Assembly (NCBI GenBank): GCA_963815195.1
Contig: CAWFGE010000018.1
Coordinates: 160,001 to 224,000 of the forward strand
Length of the DNA: 64,000 nt
Direction of reading: 5' to 3'
Origin: an uncultured Planctomycetaceae bacterium
GTDB taxonomy: Bacteria; Planctomycetota; Planctomycetia; Planctomycetales; Planctomycetaceae
In this document: one piece after another, positions 1 to 10,987 of the stretch
How positions within the stretch are numbered: the stretch's first letter is position 1
How the letters are laid out: each line of letters opens with the position of its first letter
The notes under the pieces: model-generated
Databases searched by the model: none
The model's input: only the letters and a program-made list of their open reading frames with translations
What the model was told of the DNA's origin: nothing
Program-made: the position numbers and the translations under genes

Positions 1-1
1 G

Positions 2-964
2 ATCTTCGCGGACGAGGCCCATTTGATGCGAATCATTCAGCGGGTCGTCTCCCGCGTGGGCCGGCGGATTGACGAAGTCAGCCCGATGGTCGATGCCCGA
101 CTGTCCGACGGCAGCCGCGTGAATGCGGTCATTCCGCCGCTCGCCCTCGACGGCCCGACGCTGTCGATTCGGCGGTTCGGCCGGCGGCCGCTGCAAGTGG
201 AAGACCTGACCGAAAGCAACTCGGTCCACAGCGACATCGTGGAGTTTCTGGCGGCAGCCGTGGACGCCCGCGTAAGCTTTTTGATTTCCGGGGGCACGGG
301 GGCGGGGAAAACCACGCTGCTCAACGCGCTCACGCGGTTCATTCCGCTCGACGAGCGGTTGCTGACCGTGGAAGATTCCGCGGAGCTTCGGCTGCTCCAC
401 AAACACGTCGTCCGCATGGAAACCCGGCCACCCAACACCGAAGGGGCCGGAGAAATCACGCAGCGGTCCCTGGTGCGAAACAGCCTCCGCATGCGGCCGG
501 ACCGGATCATCATCGGCGAAGTCCGCGGGGCGGAAGCCCTCGACATGCTGCAAGCCATGAATACCGGCCACGAAGGCTCGCTGACCACCATTCACGCCAA
601 CGACGCCCGCGATGCCCTCGCCCGTCTGGAACTGATGGTCGCGATGGCGGGGTTCGAATTGCCGATCCCGGTCGTCCGCCAGTATATTGCCTCCGGATTG
701 TCGCTCGTCGTGCATCTGGCCCGCTTGAAAGGCGGGATTCGCCGCGTGATGCGGGTCTCGGAAATCGTCGGCCTCCGCGACGGCGGGCTGCACCTGGAAG
801 ACATCTTCGGGTTTGAGCAAACCGGCGTCGATGACACCGGCGTCGCCCAGGGGGAATTCTACGTCACCGGCTATCGGCCGTTGTGCCTGAACCGATTGCG
901 GGCCGCCGGCATCCGGCTGCCTGATGAAATGTTTGACAAACGCCGCTTCTCTGTGCGTTCGTGA
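2..964 (+). CDS. tadA: CpaF/TadA pilus assembly ATPase (5'-truncated by window edge)
   Basis: Walker [47 protein letters not shown]; frame open to window start. Confidence 0.95.
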   Translation: MFADEAHLMRIIQRVVSRVGRRIDEVSPMVDARLSDGSRVNAVIPPLALDGPTLSIRRFGRRPLQVEDLTESNSVHSDIVEFLAAAVDARVSFLISGGTGAGKTTLLNALTRFIPLDERLLTVEDSAELRLLHKHVVRMETRPPNTEGAGEITQRSLVRNSLRMRPDRIIIGEVRGAEALDMLQAMNTGHEGSLTTIHANDARDALARLELMVAMAGFELPIPVVRQYIASGLSLVVHLARLKGGIRRVMRVSEIVGLRDGGLHLEDIFGFEQTGVDDTGVAQGEFYVTGYRPLCLNRLRAAGIRLPDEMFDKRRFSVRS

Positions 965-1128
965 CGACAGGGCGAGCGGACCAACCTCCGGTCGGTGCCC
1001 GCGCCAGCCCCATGATGACTTCTAAGAGAAGACCGCATCGTTGCTCGAACCAATCAGCCGGCTGACGCCGGCCGCTCGCCCGGATTTTTTTAGGCCACAT
1101 CACACTCTGCAGCTAAGCGAGTCGGAGC

Positions 1129-2067
1129 ATGGATCAAGGCACAATTACACTCATCGCCTTCGGCAGTTTTACCCTGGTCACGGCCGCGGTGGGGCTGTTG
1201 TTGAGAGAACTGTTTGCCCCCCGCAGCGTCTCCGCGGGGACCGGCGTTCCGGGCGGACGCGTCAAGCTCCGCCGCCGGCAAACGGTTTATGACGCCCAGA
1301 AGCCTAAAGGCGTGCTCCAAAAAATCGATCAGGCATTCGATCGATTGGTGCTGGACACGGACACGGGAATCACCCCGTTCGGCGCGTTCCTCTTGATCTT
1401 TACTTCGGCCCTGTTGGTCGGCGGGGCGGTGTGGCTGTACAACAACGAACCGCTGGCGGGTCTGTTCGCCGGCATCCTGGGCATGCTGTTTCCTATCTTT
1501 GTCATGTCTGTGCAGCGGTCGCGGAGGATGCGGGAAATCCAAGAGCAGATGCCGCACGTCTTGGACATGCTCGCTCGGGCGTCCCGCGCGGGCCAGACGT
1601 CGGAACAGGCTTTGGAACTGGCAGGCCAGGAACTGGAAGGCCGCCTGTCCCGCGAGTTTCGCAACTGCTCACACCAACTGGCGATGGGCCGATCGTTCGA
1701 TGCGGTGATGAAAACATTGGCCGCTCGGATTCGCACCGTGGAAATGCGAATCCTGACGACCACGCTCATCGTGCAGCGGCAAACGGGCGGCAACTTGTCG
1801 GATACGTTGGAGCGGATGTCGAGCGTGATTCGCGATCGCCTCAACGGGCAACGGCAAATGCGGGCTTCCACCGGGGCCGGACGTTCCTCGACCCTCATCA
1901 TCGCCACCATCTCGCCGCTGGCGTATCTGTTTATGTTTATCTTCCAGCGGGAATACCTGGAAATCCTGTTTAGCGATCCTATGGGCCGGCTGTTTTTGGG
2001 CGGGGCGATCGTGCTCGAAGTGATCGGCATTTTCTGGGTCGCCGCCCTCCTCCGGCAGGAACGCTAA
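1129..2067 (+). CDS. tadB: TadB-like T2SS-F family membrane protein
   Basis: TM segments, QRQTGGNLSDTLERM motif, follows tadA. Confidence 0.9.
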   Translation: MDQGTITLIAFGSFTLVTAAVGLLLRELFAPRSVSAGTGVPGGRVKLRRRQTVYDAQKPKGVLQKIDQAFDRLVLDTDTGITPFGAFLLIFTSALLVGGAVWLYNNEPLAGLFAGILGMLFPIFVMSVQRSRRMREIQEQMPHVLDMLARASRAGQTSEQALELAGQELEGRLSREFRNCSHQLAMGRSFDAVMKTLAARIRTVEMRILTTTLIVQRQTGGNLSDTLERMSSVIRDRLNGQRQMRASTGAGRSSTLIIATISPLAYLFMFIFQREYLEILFSDPMGRLFLGGAIVLEVIGIFWVAALLRQER

Positions 2068-2070
2068 AAA

Positions 2071-2148
2071 AGCGGCGGGGCGCTCGCCGCCGGTCTTGAT
2101 TTTGCGACTCTCCTTTCATCGAAACCGGAGGCTAGCGCCTACCGCTCA
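2071..2148. repeat. REPIN-like palindromic element (GGCGCTAGCC family)
   Basis: AGCGGCGGGGCGCTCGCCGCCGG...CCGGAGGCTAGCGCCTACCGCT; related copies at 12325-12406, 28491-28570, 41490-41556. Confidence 0.75.
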
Positions 2149-2263
2149 GATTCTCAAGCGCCAGCCCGCAGAGAGAGATCGAGAAGAATTACAAAGCCGC
2201 AAAGCGGCGACAGCAAAGACACTTTTCATTTCGCGGCTCAATACAATCACAAAAGGCGATCTT

Positions 2264-3238
2264 ATGGATCGAATTGACCCCATCGATCTCGCGGCGTTTT
2301 TGGGCACGGCTTTGGTGTGCTATTGGTTTGGCATGACCCTGGTCAGCGCCCGCCGCCGGGTGCGGAATATCGCGGACATCGAAAAGCCCGCCACGCTGAA
2401 ACCGGCCGGGAAATTCCGCCGGGCCTTGGCCGGAGCATTGCCTCAATCCCGGGACGACCAGGACCGCATCGAGCGGGACCTGAAACGCGCCGGCTTCTAC
2501 GGCATGTCCGCGCTGGTCGAGTACCTCGCCATGCGGAACACGCTGGTCATCGGGTTCCTGATCATCGGCGGCGGATTGGCGGTGGCGGTGCCGCCCGGTT
2601 CTCCATTGCCGAAAACGATTCTGATTGCCACTGGCATCGCCTGCGTGTTGGCGTACATCCTGCCGCGGTTCGTGTTGAAGTTCCAAGCGAATAAGCGGCT
2701 GCGGCGCATTGAAACCGGACTCCCTGATGTGCTGGATTTGATCCGCATGTGTCTCACCGGGGGACTGTCGCTGCGGGATTCTCTCGAGCGCGTGTCTCGG
2801 GAAATCGAAGCCTTCCATCCGGACCTGGCGGTGGAATTGGAAGTCATCCGCCGCCACGCCGAGGCCGACACGATGGCGAAAGCCCTCAAGGAATTCGCCC
2901 GCCGAATGCGGACGCCCGATGTCAATGCCCTCGCGTCGCTGGTGAGCCAAACCGAACGGCTCGGCACCCATGTCGCCCAGGCGGTGATGGAGTTCGCCGA
3001 CGGCGTTCGCCGGCAGCATCGACAACGGGCCGAGGAGCGGGCCGGCAAAACCAGTATTCGCATGTTGTTCCCGGTGATCTTCTGCCTGGCTCCGCCGGTG
3101 TTCATTTTGCTGCTCGGTCCGCCAGCGATTCAACTCAAGAATTTCCTCCGCGATTCCAAACGGCCGGGCGGCGTGCTCAACATGGAGACCTACCGCCAAG
3201 TGGACCGCACCGTCAACGAACAGGACCCGGCCAATTGA
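2264..3238 (+). CDS. tadC: TadC-like T2SS-F family membrane protein
   Basis: GLPDVLDLIRMC..GGLSL, RRQRAEERAGK-like, MLFPVIFC motifs; ATG 2264 chosen over the longer ORF that runs through a repeat. Confidence 0.9.
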   Translation: MDRIDPIDLAAFLGTALVCYWFGMTLVSARRRVRNIADIEKPATLKPAGKFRRALAGALPQSRDDQDRIERDLKRAGFYGMSALVEYLAMRNTLVIGFLIIGGGLAVAVPPGSPLPKTILIATGIACVLAYILPRFVLKFQANKRLRRIETGLPDVLDLIRMCLTGGLSLRDSLERVSREIEAFHPDLAVELEVIRRHAEADTMAKALKEFARRMRTPDVNALASLVSQTERLGTHVAQAVMEFADGVRRQHRQRAEERAGKTSIRMLFPVIFCLAPPVFILLLGPPAIQLKNFLRDSKRPGGVLNMETYRQVDRTVNEQDPAN

Positions 3239-3278
3239 CGGCAGGTCAAAAACCGGCTCGCCGGACGCGCCAAAACAG

Positions 3279-3315
3279 GAAACCCCGGCCTGACGGCAAA
3301 TCAGACCGGGGTTTC
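3279..3315. terminator. Hairpin between convergent genes, probable intrinsic terminator
   Basis: GAAACCCCGGCCTGA / TCAGACCGGGGTTTC stem followed by T-rich sequence. Confidence 0.6.
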
Positions 3316-3405
3316 GATTTTGGTTTATGACTCGGCGGGCCGATTAACCCTGGTCATTAGCCGCAGGGCGCTCGCCCCGGTTCTCTGGGACAACTTTAAT
3401 GGTCC

Positions 3406-3970
3406 TTAGTTCTGGGTGACGCGGACCATCTGGGACGCGGGACGGATGGCGCGGATGCGGTACAACGGGCCGCTCAGATACAGGCTGGGGCGAATTGTGA
3501 TGATTTCGCCCTCGACGTACACCTGGTCGCCGTTTTTGCATTGATCCAGCCGGGCGTCGGGAGCCAGCACCACGCTGCCGCCCCATTCATCGTGCTCATC
3601 GAGGGGAGCATAACGGAGTTTCCATTGATGGCCGGGGGCGTGCACTCGCTGCAATTCGCCGATCAACCAGCCGTAGTTTTTCGCGTGGGCTTGGCTGGGA
3701 ACCGGGACTTCTTTCGGTTCGGGTTCGGGTTTGGGCTGGGCCGGCTGCTGGAACGGATTGATCGTCTGATCGCTATGGCTGACCTCCACGACCGGTTTTG
3801 GTTTTTCCACAGGCGCCGTGTGCTGGGAAATCGGATTCACGGCCGCAACGCCGACTTGCGCAGCCGCCGCAGGGGACCGCGCAGGTCCCGCAGGATTGCT
3901 TTGTTCCGGTTTTACACCCCGTTATAAACACGCTGATCGTGCAAACGACGATTAATAGTATCCTCATCAT
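3406..3970 (-). CDS. Hypothetical lipoprotein (frameshifted near 3830)
   Basis: ORF 3773-3970 gives signal peptide plus FITGC lipobox and Cys-rich stretch; ORF 3406-3840 gives Pro-rich linker and globular C-terminal domain. Confidence 0.65.
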
Positions 3971-4321
3971 TCCCCCTCCTGGTGAGATTGTGGCAAAAAC
4001 AGTCCTTACCAGAATTCTCGGCAGATGCCCTAAGTTTGGTCAAAGCCAGATGACCCGCAGAGGCCGAAACCGCCCGGTCGCGTCCGCAAAAACCACTTAT
4101 GGGAGTTGTTCCGTTTGTAGGGACTTTCGTGGCCGATACAGTGTGACACGATCGGGACCGGCGAATACGAAGAACTCTCATGCCGTAACTCCTTTTGAGG
4201 AAAAGACTTCTGCGTTTTGCCGCCAGGCGGCTTGAATTTGGAGACAACTGAACGGAAATCGCCCCAGGCATTTCATGGGAAATGTCTGGGGCGAAATGGG
4301 TTTCAAGCCAGCTGTTTGCGG

Positions 4322-6067
4322 TCAGTCTTGGTAGACCTTCGTGCTTTCCTGCTCGATGACCGGGGACTTTAAGGTGTCGGATTGGGCATGCACGGTCACG
4401 CGGAAGTCGCCCGGTTTCTGGCCGCGAATCCTCACGCGGTAGATCGCGTCCGCCCGCGGAGCCAGTTTGGCCAGCGGAGCGAAGACCACGGTGCGTTCTT
4501 CGATCGTGCCTTCCGTGGGGCCTTTGACGCCCAGGATTTCCATGCCGTCCGGCACGTCCAGTTTGAGTTGGATGTTGGTCGCGAAGTCGGTGCCCTGGTT
4601 GGTGATGAGGATTTCGTAACCCGTCTCGGCTCCCACTTCGACCGGGTCGTCGATGTCCACCACTTCCAACAGGAGAGCGGCGATGCCTTCGACCGACGTT
4701 TCGTGCTTGGCCAGCGACCGCAGTCCGCGGTCGGCGTAGGACAGAGCCATCACCGGGAACTCGCCGCGGTCCAAAGCCCGCAGCTCGCATTCCACTTCGA
4801 CTTTGCCGCCGGCTTCGACTTGGGTGGCGAACCAGTTGACCGTTTTGCTCGCAGCGTCGAATTTCCCGCCGGCGTTGGCCGAGAGGAACCCGAAGGACTG
4901 CGGAACCGCGCAGCGGACGTGCACGTTGGTGGCCGGGGCCGTGCCTTTGTTCTCGGCGATAATCTTAAACGTGGCGGGCCGGCCCACGTAGCGGAAGTCG
5001 GGGCCTTCGATCTTGGTTTCGATGATGGCGCCCAGGCCGCGGACCGTGGTTTCCTGTTCCTGCCGGAGGCCGTTGTCGCCCGTGGCCACGAACCGGCAGG
5101 TGTGGTCGCCCAGTTTCACCATGTTCGCCAGCACGCGAATCGAACGGGATTCGCCGGGATTCAAGAACCCGATTTCATAGGTGGTGCTCTTGGCGAGCGG
5201 GGCCAACCCGTCGGACATGGTGACGTTCAGAATTGTATTGGTCGTCGCCGCCGTGCCCGGGTTTTCGACCGTCACGTTGAACACGGCTTGATTGCCCAGA
5301 ATCACAGAATCCGGTCCCTCGGCCACCATTTTCAACAGCGGTTCGACGACCCGGAACTTCGTGCTCGAAAACGTGCTGAAGGTCACGCGGGCCTGGCTGA
5401 GGGCTTCGCCCGCCACGACCGGCTTCAGCCGCAAGGCGATGCGGTGCTCCTGGTCGGGTTCGAGTTGGTTCACCATCCACACGGGCTGGTTTTCCAACTG
5501 CACCGGTTTGGGCTGGGCATCGATCAATTGAAAGCCGCGGGGCAGAGCCTGCTCGATGACGATGTCGTTGATCGTGACCAAACCGCGGTTCCGCAGCACG
5601 AGTTCAAAGTCGCCTTCCTGGCCGACGCTGACGACTTCCGGGGTGACCCAATCGACCGTCATGCTCGGCGTTTTGCTTTCGTAGGTCTTGACGTAAGGCG
5701 TGGCTTCGCGGCGGCCGATGTTTGTGCCCGCGAGCGGTCCTGACGCCTGGATTCGCACCGAAGCCGGGGCTTCCGCGGGACCGATCGCCTGCGTGCGAAC
5801 GGGAGCGGGCGAGTCCGTCAGCCGGCCTGAGCCGAGTTTCACCGGAGCAGGCCGTTCCACGTCCCGCCCGGGCTGGGCCGGTTCGTCAAACGGATTGCCG
5901 ACGTCCGGCGCCTGAGCCGATTGTGGAGCTTCCTGCTGATCCTCAAAAGGATTGAACACAGTGGGCATTGCAGGCTGGTCTTTGCCCGGCCCCTGGGCCA
6001 TCAACCACGCCGGCGCGCCGATTCCCAGCAACAATAAGATGGTTGGCCATCTTCCGAATTTACCCAT
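4322..6067 (-). CDS. DUF11 repeat (OmcB-like) exported protein
   Basis: Signal peptide; repeated (V/L)xNxGxxxAxN Ig-like DUF11 units; DIDDPVEVGAETGYEI. Confidence 0.85.
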   Translation of the reverse strand: MGKFGRWPTILLLLGIGAPAWLMAQGPGKDQPAMPTVFNPFEDQQEAPQSAQAPDVGNPFDEPAQPGRDVERPAPVKLGSGRLTDSPAPVRTQAIGPAEAPASVRIQASGPLAGTNIGRREATPYVKTYESKTPSMTVDWVTPEVVSVGQEGDFELVLRNRGLVTINDIVIEQALPRGFQLIDAQPKPVQLENQPVWMVNQLEPDQEHRIALRLKPVVAGEALSQARVTFSTFSSTKFRVVEPLLKMVAEGPDSVILGNQAVFNVTVENPGTAATTNTILNVTMSDGLAPLAKSTTYEIGFLNPGESRSIRVLANMVKLGDHTCRFVATGDNGLRQEQETTVRGLGAIIETKIEGPDFRYVGRPATFKIIAENKGTAPATNVHVRCAVPQSFGFLSANAGGKFDAASKTVNWFATQVEAGGKVEVECELRALDRGEFPVMALSYADRGLRSLAKHETSVEGIAALLLEVVDIDDPVEVGAETGYEILITNQGTDFATNIQLKLDVPDGMEILGVKGPTEGTIEERTVVFAPLAKLAPRADAIYRVRIRGQKPGDFRVTVHAQSDTLKSPVIEQESTKVYQD

Positions 6068-6601
6068 TTGACCCTCCCGGTGAATTTTTGACAGTCCCTG
6101 TCTGGCTTGAAATCAACCCACGATCGCAAACACTGCCGCACGTGAGTCCGAAGTTTGCTCCTCATCAGAATCGGTTTTCCGAGTCGGGAAAATCAATCCG
6201 ATTTTGCCGATTGCAAGGAATTTGCCGAATACAGAAAGATGTCACACCAAGAAGCCAGACGCGGCGGAAGAGAACGGTGGGGGAATTCCGCAGCGCACGG
6301 CGCAGACAGCATCTTTCGCGCCATTCGGTGCCAATTTCGCGAAGAGGCCCCCAGCCCGTTCCGGTGCCTTCGGCGGGCGAACTGTCCCCAAGATGTCACC
6401 GCAGGCCGCAAATCCCAGTATTTCCGCGGCTTCCAGCGGGACTCTTCACAATTCCTTCACTCGTTCTTCCCAAAAAACCCAAAATTATTAAAGCGTGATG
6501 AAAACACAATTTGTGTGGATTTCGTGTGGGTAATTATCAAGATTTTGTGGAGAGGGGATTGCCAACCCGATCGGCGTTATGGTAAATTCCGGCCAATCGA
6601 T

Positions 6602-6648
6602 CCACAACATATGGGATAAACATTTCTCAAAATCCCAAGAAGTTGTTC
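6602..6648. promoter_or_regulatory. Tandem NrdR-box-like operator sites
   Basis: CCACAACATATGGGAT (6602-6617) and TCCCAAGAAGTTGTTC (6633-6648), 31 bp apart, upstream of nrdJ. Confidence 0.6.
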
Positions 6649-6944
6649 TGGATTTTTGTGCGCTGTTGTGCAGAATTCCTTTTGAGACTGCGGTTTTTGG
6701 GTGAGGCGAAGGGAATCCACCACATCCAACCTCATCAACCAAGAACAAACGCAGTTCTCGGGAAATAACGCCGCCTCTTCAGAATCTTCGCGTCACATGG
6801 TACGGATACTGCATAATTTATCGATGGCGGATTGGGGCACGTGGGGGAACGGTTTTCCCGCCCGGCCCGGTTTCCCGGCCCACGACGGCGCCTGCTCGTT
6901 TTTTCTCTCTCCCCATTCCGCTTTAGCCCCCTGAAGGAACCGAC

Positions 6945-9900
6945 ATGCACGGGAACCAGGACGTTGCTGCGCACGCTTATGCAAAAACCAAAACTTCCTC
7001 GAACGGCACAACCACCAATGGTCAAGCTCGCATGAGGTCGCCCATGACCATCTCTCCCTACTTTTGCCCCACCGCCATCGATCCCTTCGACACCGTCGAA
7101 TGGGAACCCAGGACCGCTCAGATCAAAGACGAGACCGGCGGCTTGATCTTCGAGCAGACCAACTGCCAAATCCCCAAAACCTGGAGCGCCCTCGCCACCA
7201 ACGTCGTCGTCAGCAAATACTTCTACGGCGAACCGGGCACCAGCGAGCGCGAAACCAGCGTCCGCCAGGTGATTCACCGCGTGGCCCGCACCATCGCCGA
7301 CTGGGGCACCCAGGACGGCTACTTCGCCGGCCCCGAAGACGGCGAAAACTTTTACCGCGAACTCGCCTGGTTGTGCCTGCATCAGCACGGGGCGTTCAAC
7401 TCGCCGGTGTGGTTCAACGTCGGGCTGTTCCACGAATACGGCGTCCGAGGCAGCCAGGGCAATTACCACTGGGACACCGAAAAGAACGTAATCCACCGTC
7501 CCGAAACGCCCTACGAATATCCCCAAGGCTCCGCGTGCTTCATCCAGTCCGTGGACGACAACATGGAAGACATCATGCGGCTCGCCACCAGCGAAGCGAT
7601 GCTCTTCAAATACGGCTCCGGCACCGGGACCGACCTGTCGACCATCCGCAGCGCCCGCGAAAAACTCTCGGGCGGCGGCATCCCGTCGGGGCCTTTGTCC
7701 TTCATGCGGGTCTACGACCAGATCGCGGCCGTGGTCAAATCGGGCGGCAAGACCCGCCGGGCCGCGAAGATGCAGTCCCTCAAAGACTGGCATCCCGACA
7801 TTCTGGAGTTCATCCAGGCCAAGGCCAAGGAAGAAAAGAAAGCCCGCACGCTGATCGACAGCGGCGAATACGAAGCCAACTTCAACGGCGAAGCCTACAG
7901 CTCGATCATGTTCCAGAACGCGAACCTCTCCGTCCGCGTCAGCGACGAGTTCATGCAGGCCGTCGTCGACGGCAAGAAATGGCGGACCCACTGGGTCACC
8001 GATCCCAAGGAAGCCGGCCCGGAATACGACGCCGACTTCCTCTTGAAGGAAATGGCCAAGGGCACCTGGTACTGCGGCGACCCCGGCGTGCAATACGAAA
8101 CCACGATCAACAAATGGCACACCTGCAAAAATCGCGGTCCGATCAACGCGTCGAATCCCTGCTCGGAATACATGTTCCTCGACGACACCGCCTGCAATTT
8201 GGCGAGCATCAATTTGAAGAAGTGCATGAACGCCGACGGCAGGTTCAATGTCGAGCGGTTCCGGCGGGCGTGTGCGATCTTCATCACGGCCCAGGAGATT
8301 CTCGTCGATCATGCCAGCTATCCCACGCCCGCGATTGCCGAGAACAGCCATCGCTTCCGGCCGCTGGGCTTGGGTTACGCGAACCTGGGCAGCCTGTTGA
8401 TGTCGATGGGCATTCCCTACGACAGCGACGCCGGCCGCGGAATTTGCGGGGCGCTGACGGCGCTCCTCAACGGCCAGGGTTATCTGACTTCCAGCGAAAT
8501 CTCCGGCCAACTGGGGCCGTTCGCAGGCTTCGCCGAGAACCGCGAACCGATGCTGGACGTGATGCGAATGCACCAGGCCGCGGTCGAGCACATCGATCCC
8601 GCCTGCCCGGGTTACCTCCGAGAAGCGGCCCGCGAAGTGTGGGCGGAATGCGTCGACCAGTCCGGCGAGATCAACGGCTACCGCAACGCCCAAGCCACGG
8701 TGCTGGCTCCAACCGGCACGATCGCGTTCATGATGGACTGCGACACCACCGGCATCGAGCCGGACATTGCCCTCGTCAAGTACAAGCAACTCGCGGGCGG
8801 CGGGATGATGAAGATCGTCAACCGCACCGTGCCCAAGGCGCTCGAGACCTTGAACTACGATCGAATCGCAGATCGAGAAGATTCTGCAAGTTCATCGAAG
8901 AGCACGACACGATCGAAGGTGCGCCGGGACTGAAGGACGAGCATCTGCCCGTGTTCGATTGTGCCTTCAAACCGAAGAACGGCACGCGGACGATCGCCTG
9001 GAAAGCCCACATCACCATGATGGCCGCGGCCCAGCCGTTCTTGAGCGGGGCGATCTCCAAGACCGTCAACATGCCCGAGCATTCCACGGTCGAAGACATC
9101 GAGGAAGCCTATCTCGAAGGCTGGCGACTGGGCCTGAAGGCGCTCGCCATTTACCGCGACGGCTCCAAGCAAAGCCAACCGCTCGCCACCACCAAAGAAG
9201 GCGACCGCAAGAAAGGCCAGGAACTGGTCGTCGATTACGAATCGGCCCGCAAGATCGTCCGCAGGCGGCTGCCGGCGACTCGGCAATCGCTGACCCACAA
9301 ATTCTCCGTGGGCGGGCACGAAGGCTATATGACCGTGGGCCTGTTCGAGGACGGTTCGCCCGGCGAACTGTTCATCACGATGGCCAAGGAAGGCAGCACG
9401 ATCGGCGGGCTGATGGATGTCATCGGCACGCAGACCTCGATGGCCCTCCAATACGGCGTGCCTTTGGAAGTCCTCGTCAACAAGTTCGCCCACATGCGGT
9501 TCGAGCCGTCCGGCTGGACGAGCAATCCCGACATCCCCAACGCCAAGAGCGTGGTGGATTACATCTTCCGCTGGCTGGGGATTCAGTTCCTGCCCGGCTA
9601 CCGCGAAGCCAACACGCCCGAACCGCAACCTGGCCGCGGCGGAAGTTCCCGACACGCCCGAAGCCGTGAAGAAGCACGTCGAAGATTTCGTCGAACGCCA
9701 ACTCAACGGTTCCGCGAACGGCACCAACGGCCATGCGAACGGCAGCACCTCCAACGGCACTGCCCACCACAGCCGCGGCTCAACCGGCCGCCAGTTCCCA
9801 GGCCGCAACCGCGGTCGCCGACGGTCCCGCGGTGCGGAGCGAGCAGTTTGCCCGCTTCCAATCCGACGCCCCCGCCTGCGACAACTGCGGAGCGATCACC

Positions 9901-9960
9901 GTCCGCAACGGCAACTGCTATCTCTGCCACAACTGCGGCAACAGCATGGGCTGCAGTTAG
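6945..9960 (+). CDS. nrdJ: Vitamin B12-dependent (class II) ribonucleotide reductase with TSCPD domain and C-terminal Zn ribbon; three frameshifts (~8870, ~9620, ~9770)
   Basis: FNSPVWFN, QGSACFI, NASNPCSEY, TACNLASINL, APTGTI, GAISKTVN, YRDGSK, CDNCG...CYLCHNCG spread over four ORFs. Confidence 0.95.
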
Positions 9961-10162
9961 AACTGAACTAGTACTGGAATAACCCGGTAGCCAGATTGCC
10001 CCGGTTGTGCTTCGTCATGGCCGGGGCGGTCTCTTTGGCGAGCGTCGCTCGGTGGACGATTCCGAGTTGGGTTGCGAAATCACTTGGCGAGCCGTACTTG
10101 GCTTGAACATTGCAATAGGTTTTGTTGAAATCCACGTCTTGAATGGTATCATTGAAGCTAAA

Positions 10163-10410
10163 TCATCGGTGTCCAAGGCAATTTCCGCCGCCGTCAAAAA
10201 GAGCGATATTCAAGAAGACGCGTGACCGCCCACACATTCTGGCATAGTTTCGCCACCCATTTGATCGAGGCCGGATACGACATCCGCACGGTCCAGGAAC
10301 TGCTTGGCCACAGCGACGTTAGAACGACGATGGTGTACACGCACGTATTGAACAAGGGCGGCCGAGGTGTTAAAAGCCCCGCCGATTTTGATGATTTTGT
10401 TTCCAGATAA
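10163..10410 (+). pseudogene. intI: Integron integrase C-terminal remnant
   Basis: [69 protein letters not shown]; IntI-type tail; catalytic HxxR reads HTFW; N-terminal part missing. Confidence 0.9.
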
Positions 10411-10422
10411 CATGTGCGCTCG

Positions 10423-10458
10423 TTATTCGGAATGGTTCTGAATAAACACTAGTTCGGC
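10423..10458 (+). mobile_element. Putative attI site
   Basis: AATAAACACTAG^TTCGGC core preceded by an imperfect inverted repeat TTATTCGGAA/TTCTGAATAA; GTTCGGC is the exact complement of R'' of the first attC. Confidence 0.6.
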
Positions 10459-10474
10459 GGCAGAGGGGCCGGAG

Positions 10475-10876
10475 ATGGGTGCTACAACCTGTTGGGCGTA
10501 CACCTTCACATGCGACAAGAACCTTGCCGAAATGCTTGCGGTTCTCAACCGCGTCGGCCCCTGGACGTGGAGCCTGCGGGACCCGGACGGCGGCGATCTC
10601 TACCTGAGGACTACCCCGTTCAGTGCCCGGGTGCGGCTCTACATCCACGTGCAGGATCCACCAGTCGATGTCGGCGGCGGCCGCAGAACGTACTCGGGTC
10701 ACCTCCGGTACGACGGCCGGCTGCCCGCTGCGAACGCGAGGTACTCGGCCAAGCTCTGGGTCGATCAACCGGGGGAGGACGAGCGACAGCAGATGGACGA
10801 CCAGTTCCGCGCGGCGGTCGCCCACCTCGAAGTGCGTGACCTGGCGCCGTACACGGGACCATACGACCACCAGTGA
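10475..10876 (+). CDS. Integron cassette 1 protein, unknown function (133 aa)
   Basis: ORF fills the space between the attI-like site and attC1; stop lies 3 nt before R''. Confidence 0.8.
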   Translation: MGATTCWAYTFTCDKNLAEMLAVLNRVGPWTWSLRDPDGGDLYLRTTPFSARVRLYIHVQDPPVDVGGGRRTYSGHLRYDGRLPAANARYSAKLWVDQPGEDERQQMDDQFRAAVAHLEVRDLAPYTGPYDHQ

Positions 10877-10879
10877 CGG

Positions 10880-10976
10880 GCCGAACCATCCGCTGCAGCA
10901 GACCGCGGGGGCATAAAGCCGTTTCGAGACTCATAGCTCCCCGAGCCCCCGCGGCTGCTGAGCGGGGTCGTTAGGC
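10880..10976 (+). mobile_element. attC site 1
   Basis: R'' GCCGAAC, R' GTTAGGC; arms CCGCT(G)CAGCAG(A)CCGCGGGGGC / GCCCCCGCGGCTGCTGAGCGG pair perfectly except two extrahelical bases. Confidence 0.92.
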
Positions 10977-10987
10977 CGCTGAACACC

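Noticed and set aside
6200..6944. Cobalamin riboswitch upstream of B12-dependent nrdJ
   Set aside because: Could not find the conserved B12-box elements in the right order; needs an Infernal search
8860..8890. Programmed frameshift or naturally split nrdJ
   Set aside because: No slippery site seen, and similar breaks occur throughout the window
9620..9840. Intein or mobile insertion in nrdJ
   Set aside because: Low-complexity Asn/Gly/Ala linker without intein splice-junction or endonuclease motifs
10163..10410. Functional integrase or XerD
   Set aside because: Only the C-terminal ~80 aa remain, the catalytic Arg is replaced by Trp, and the tail is IntI-like
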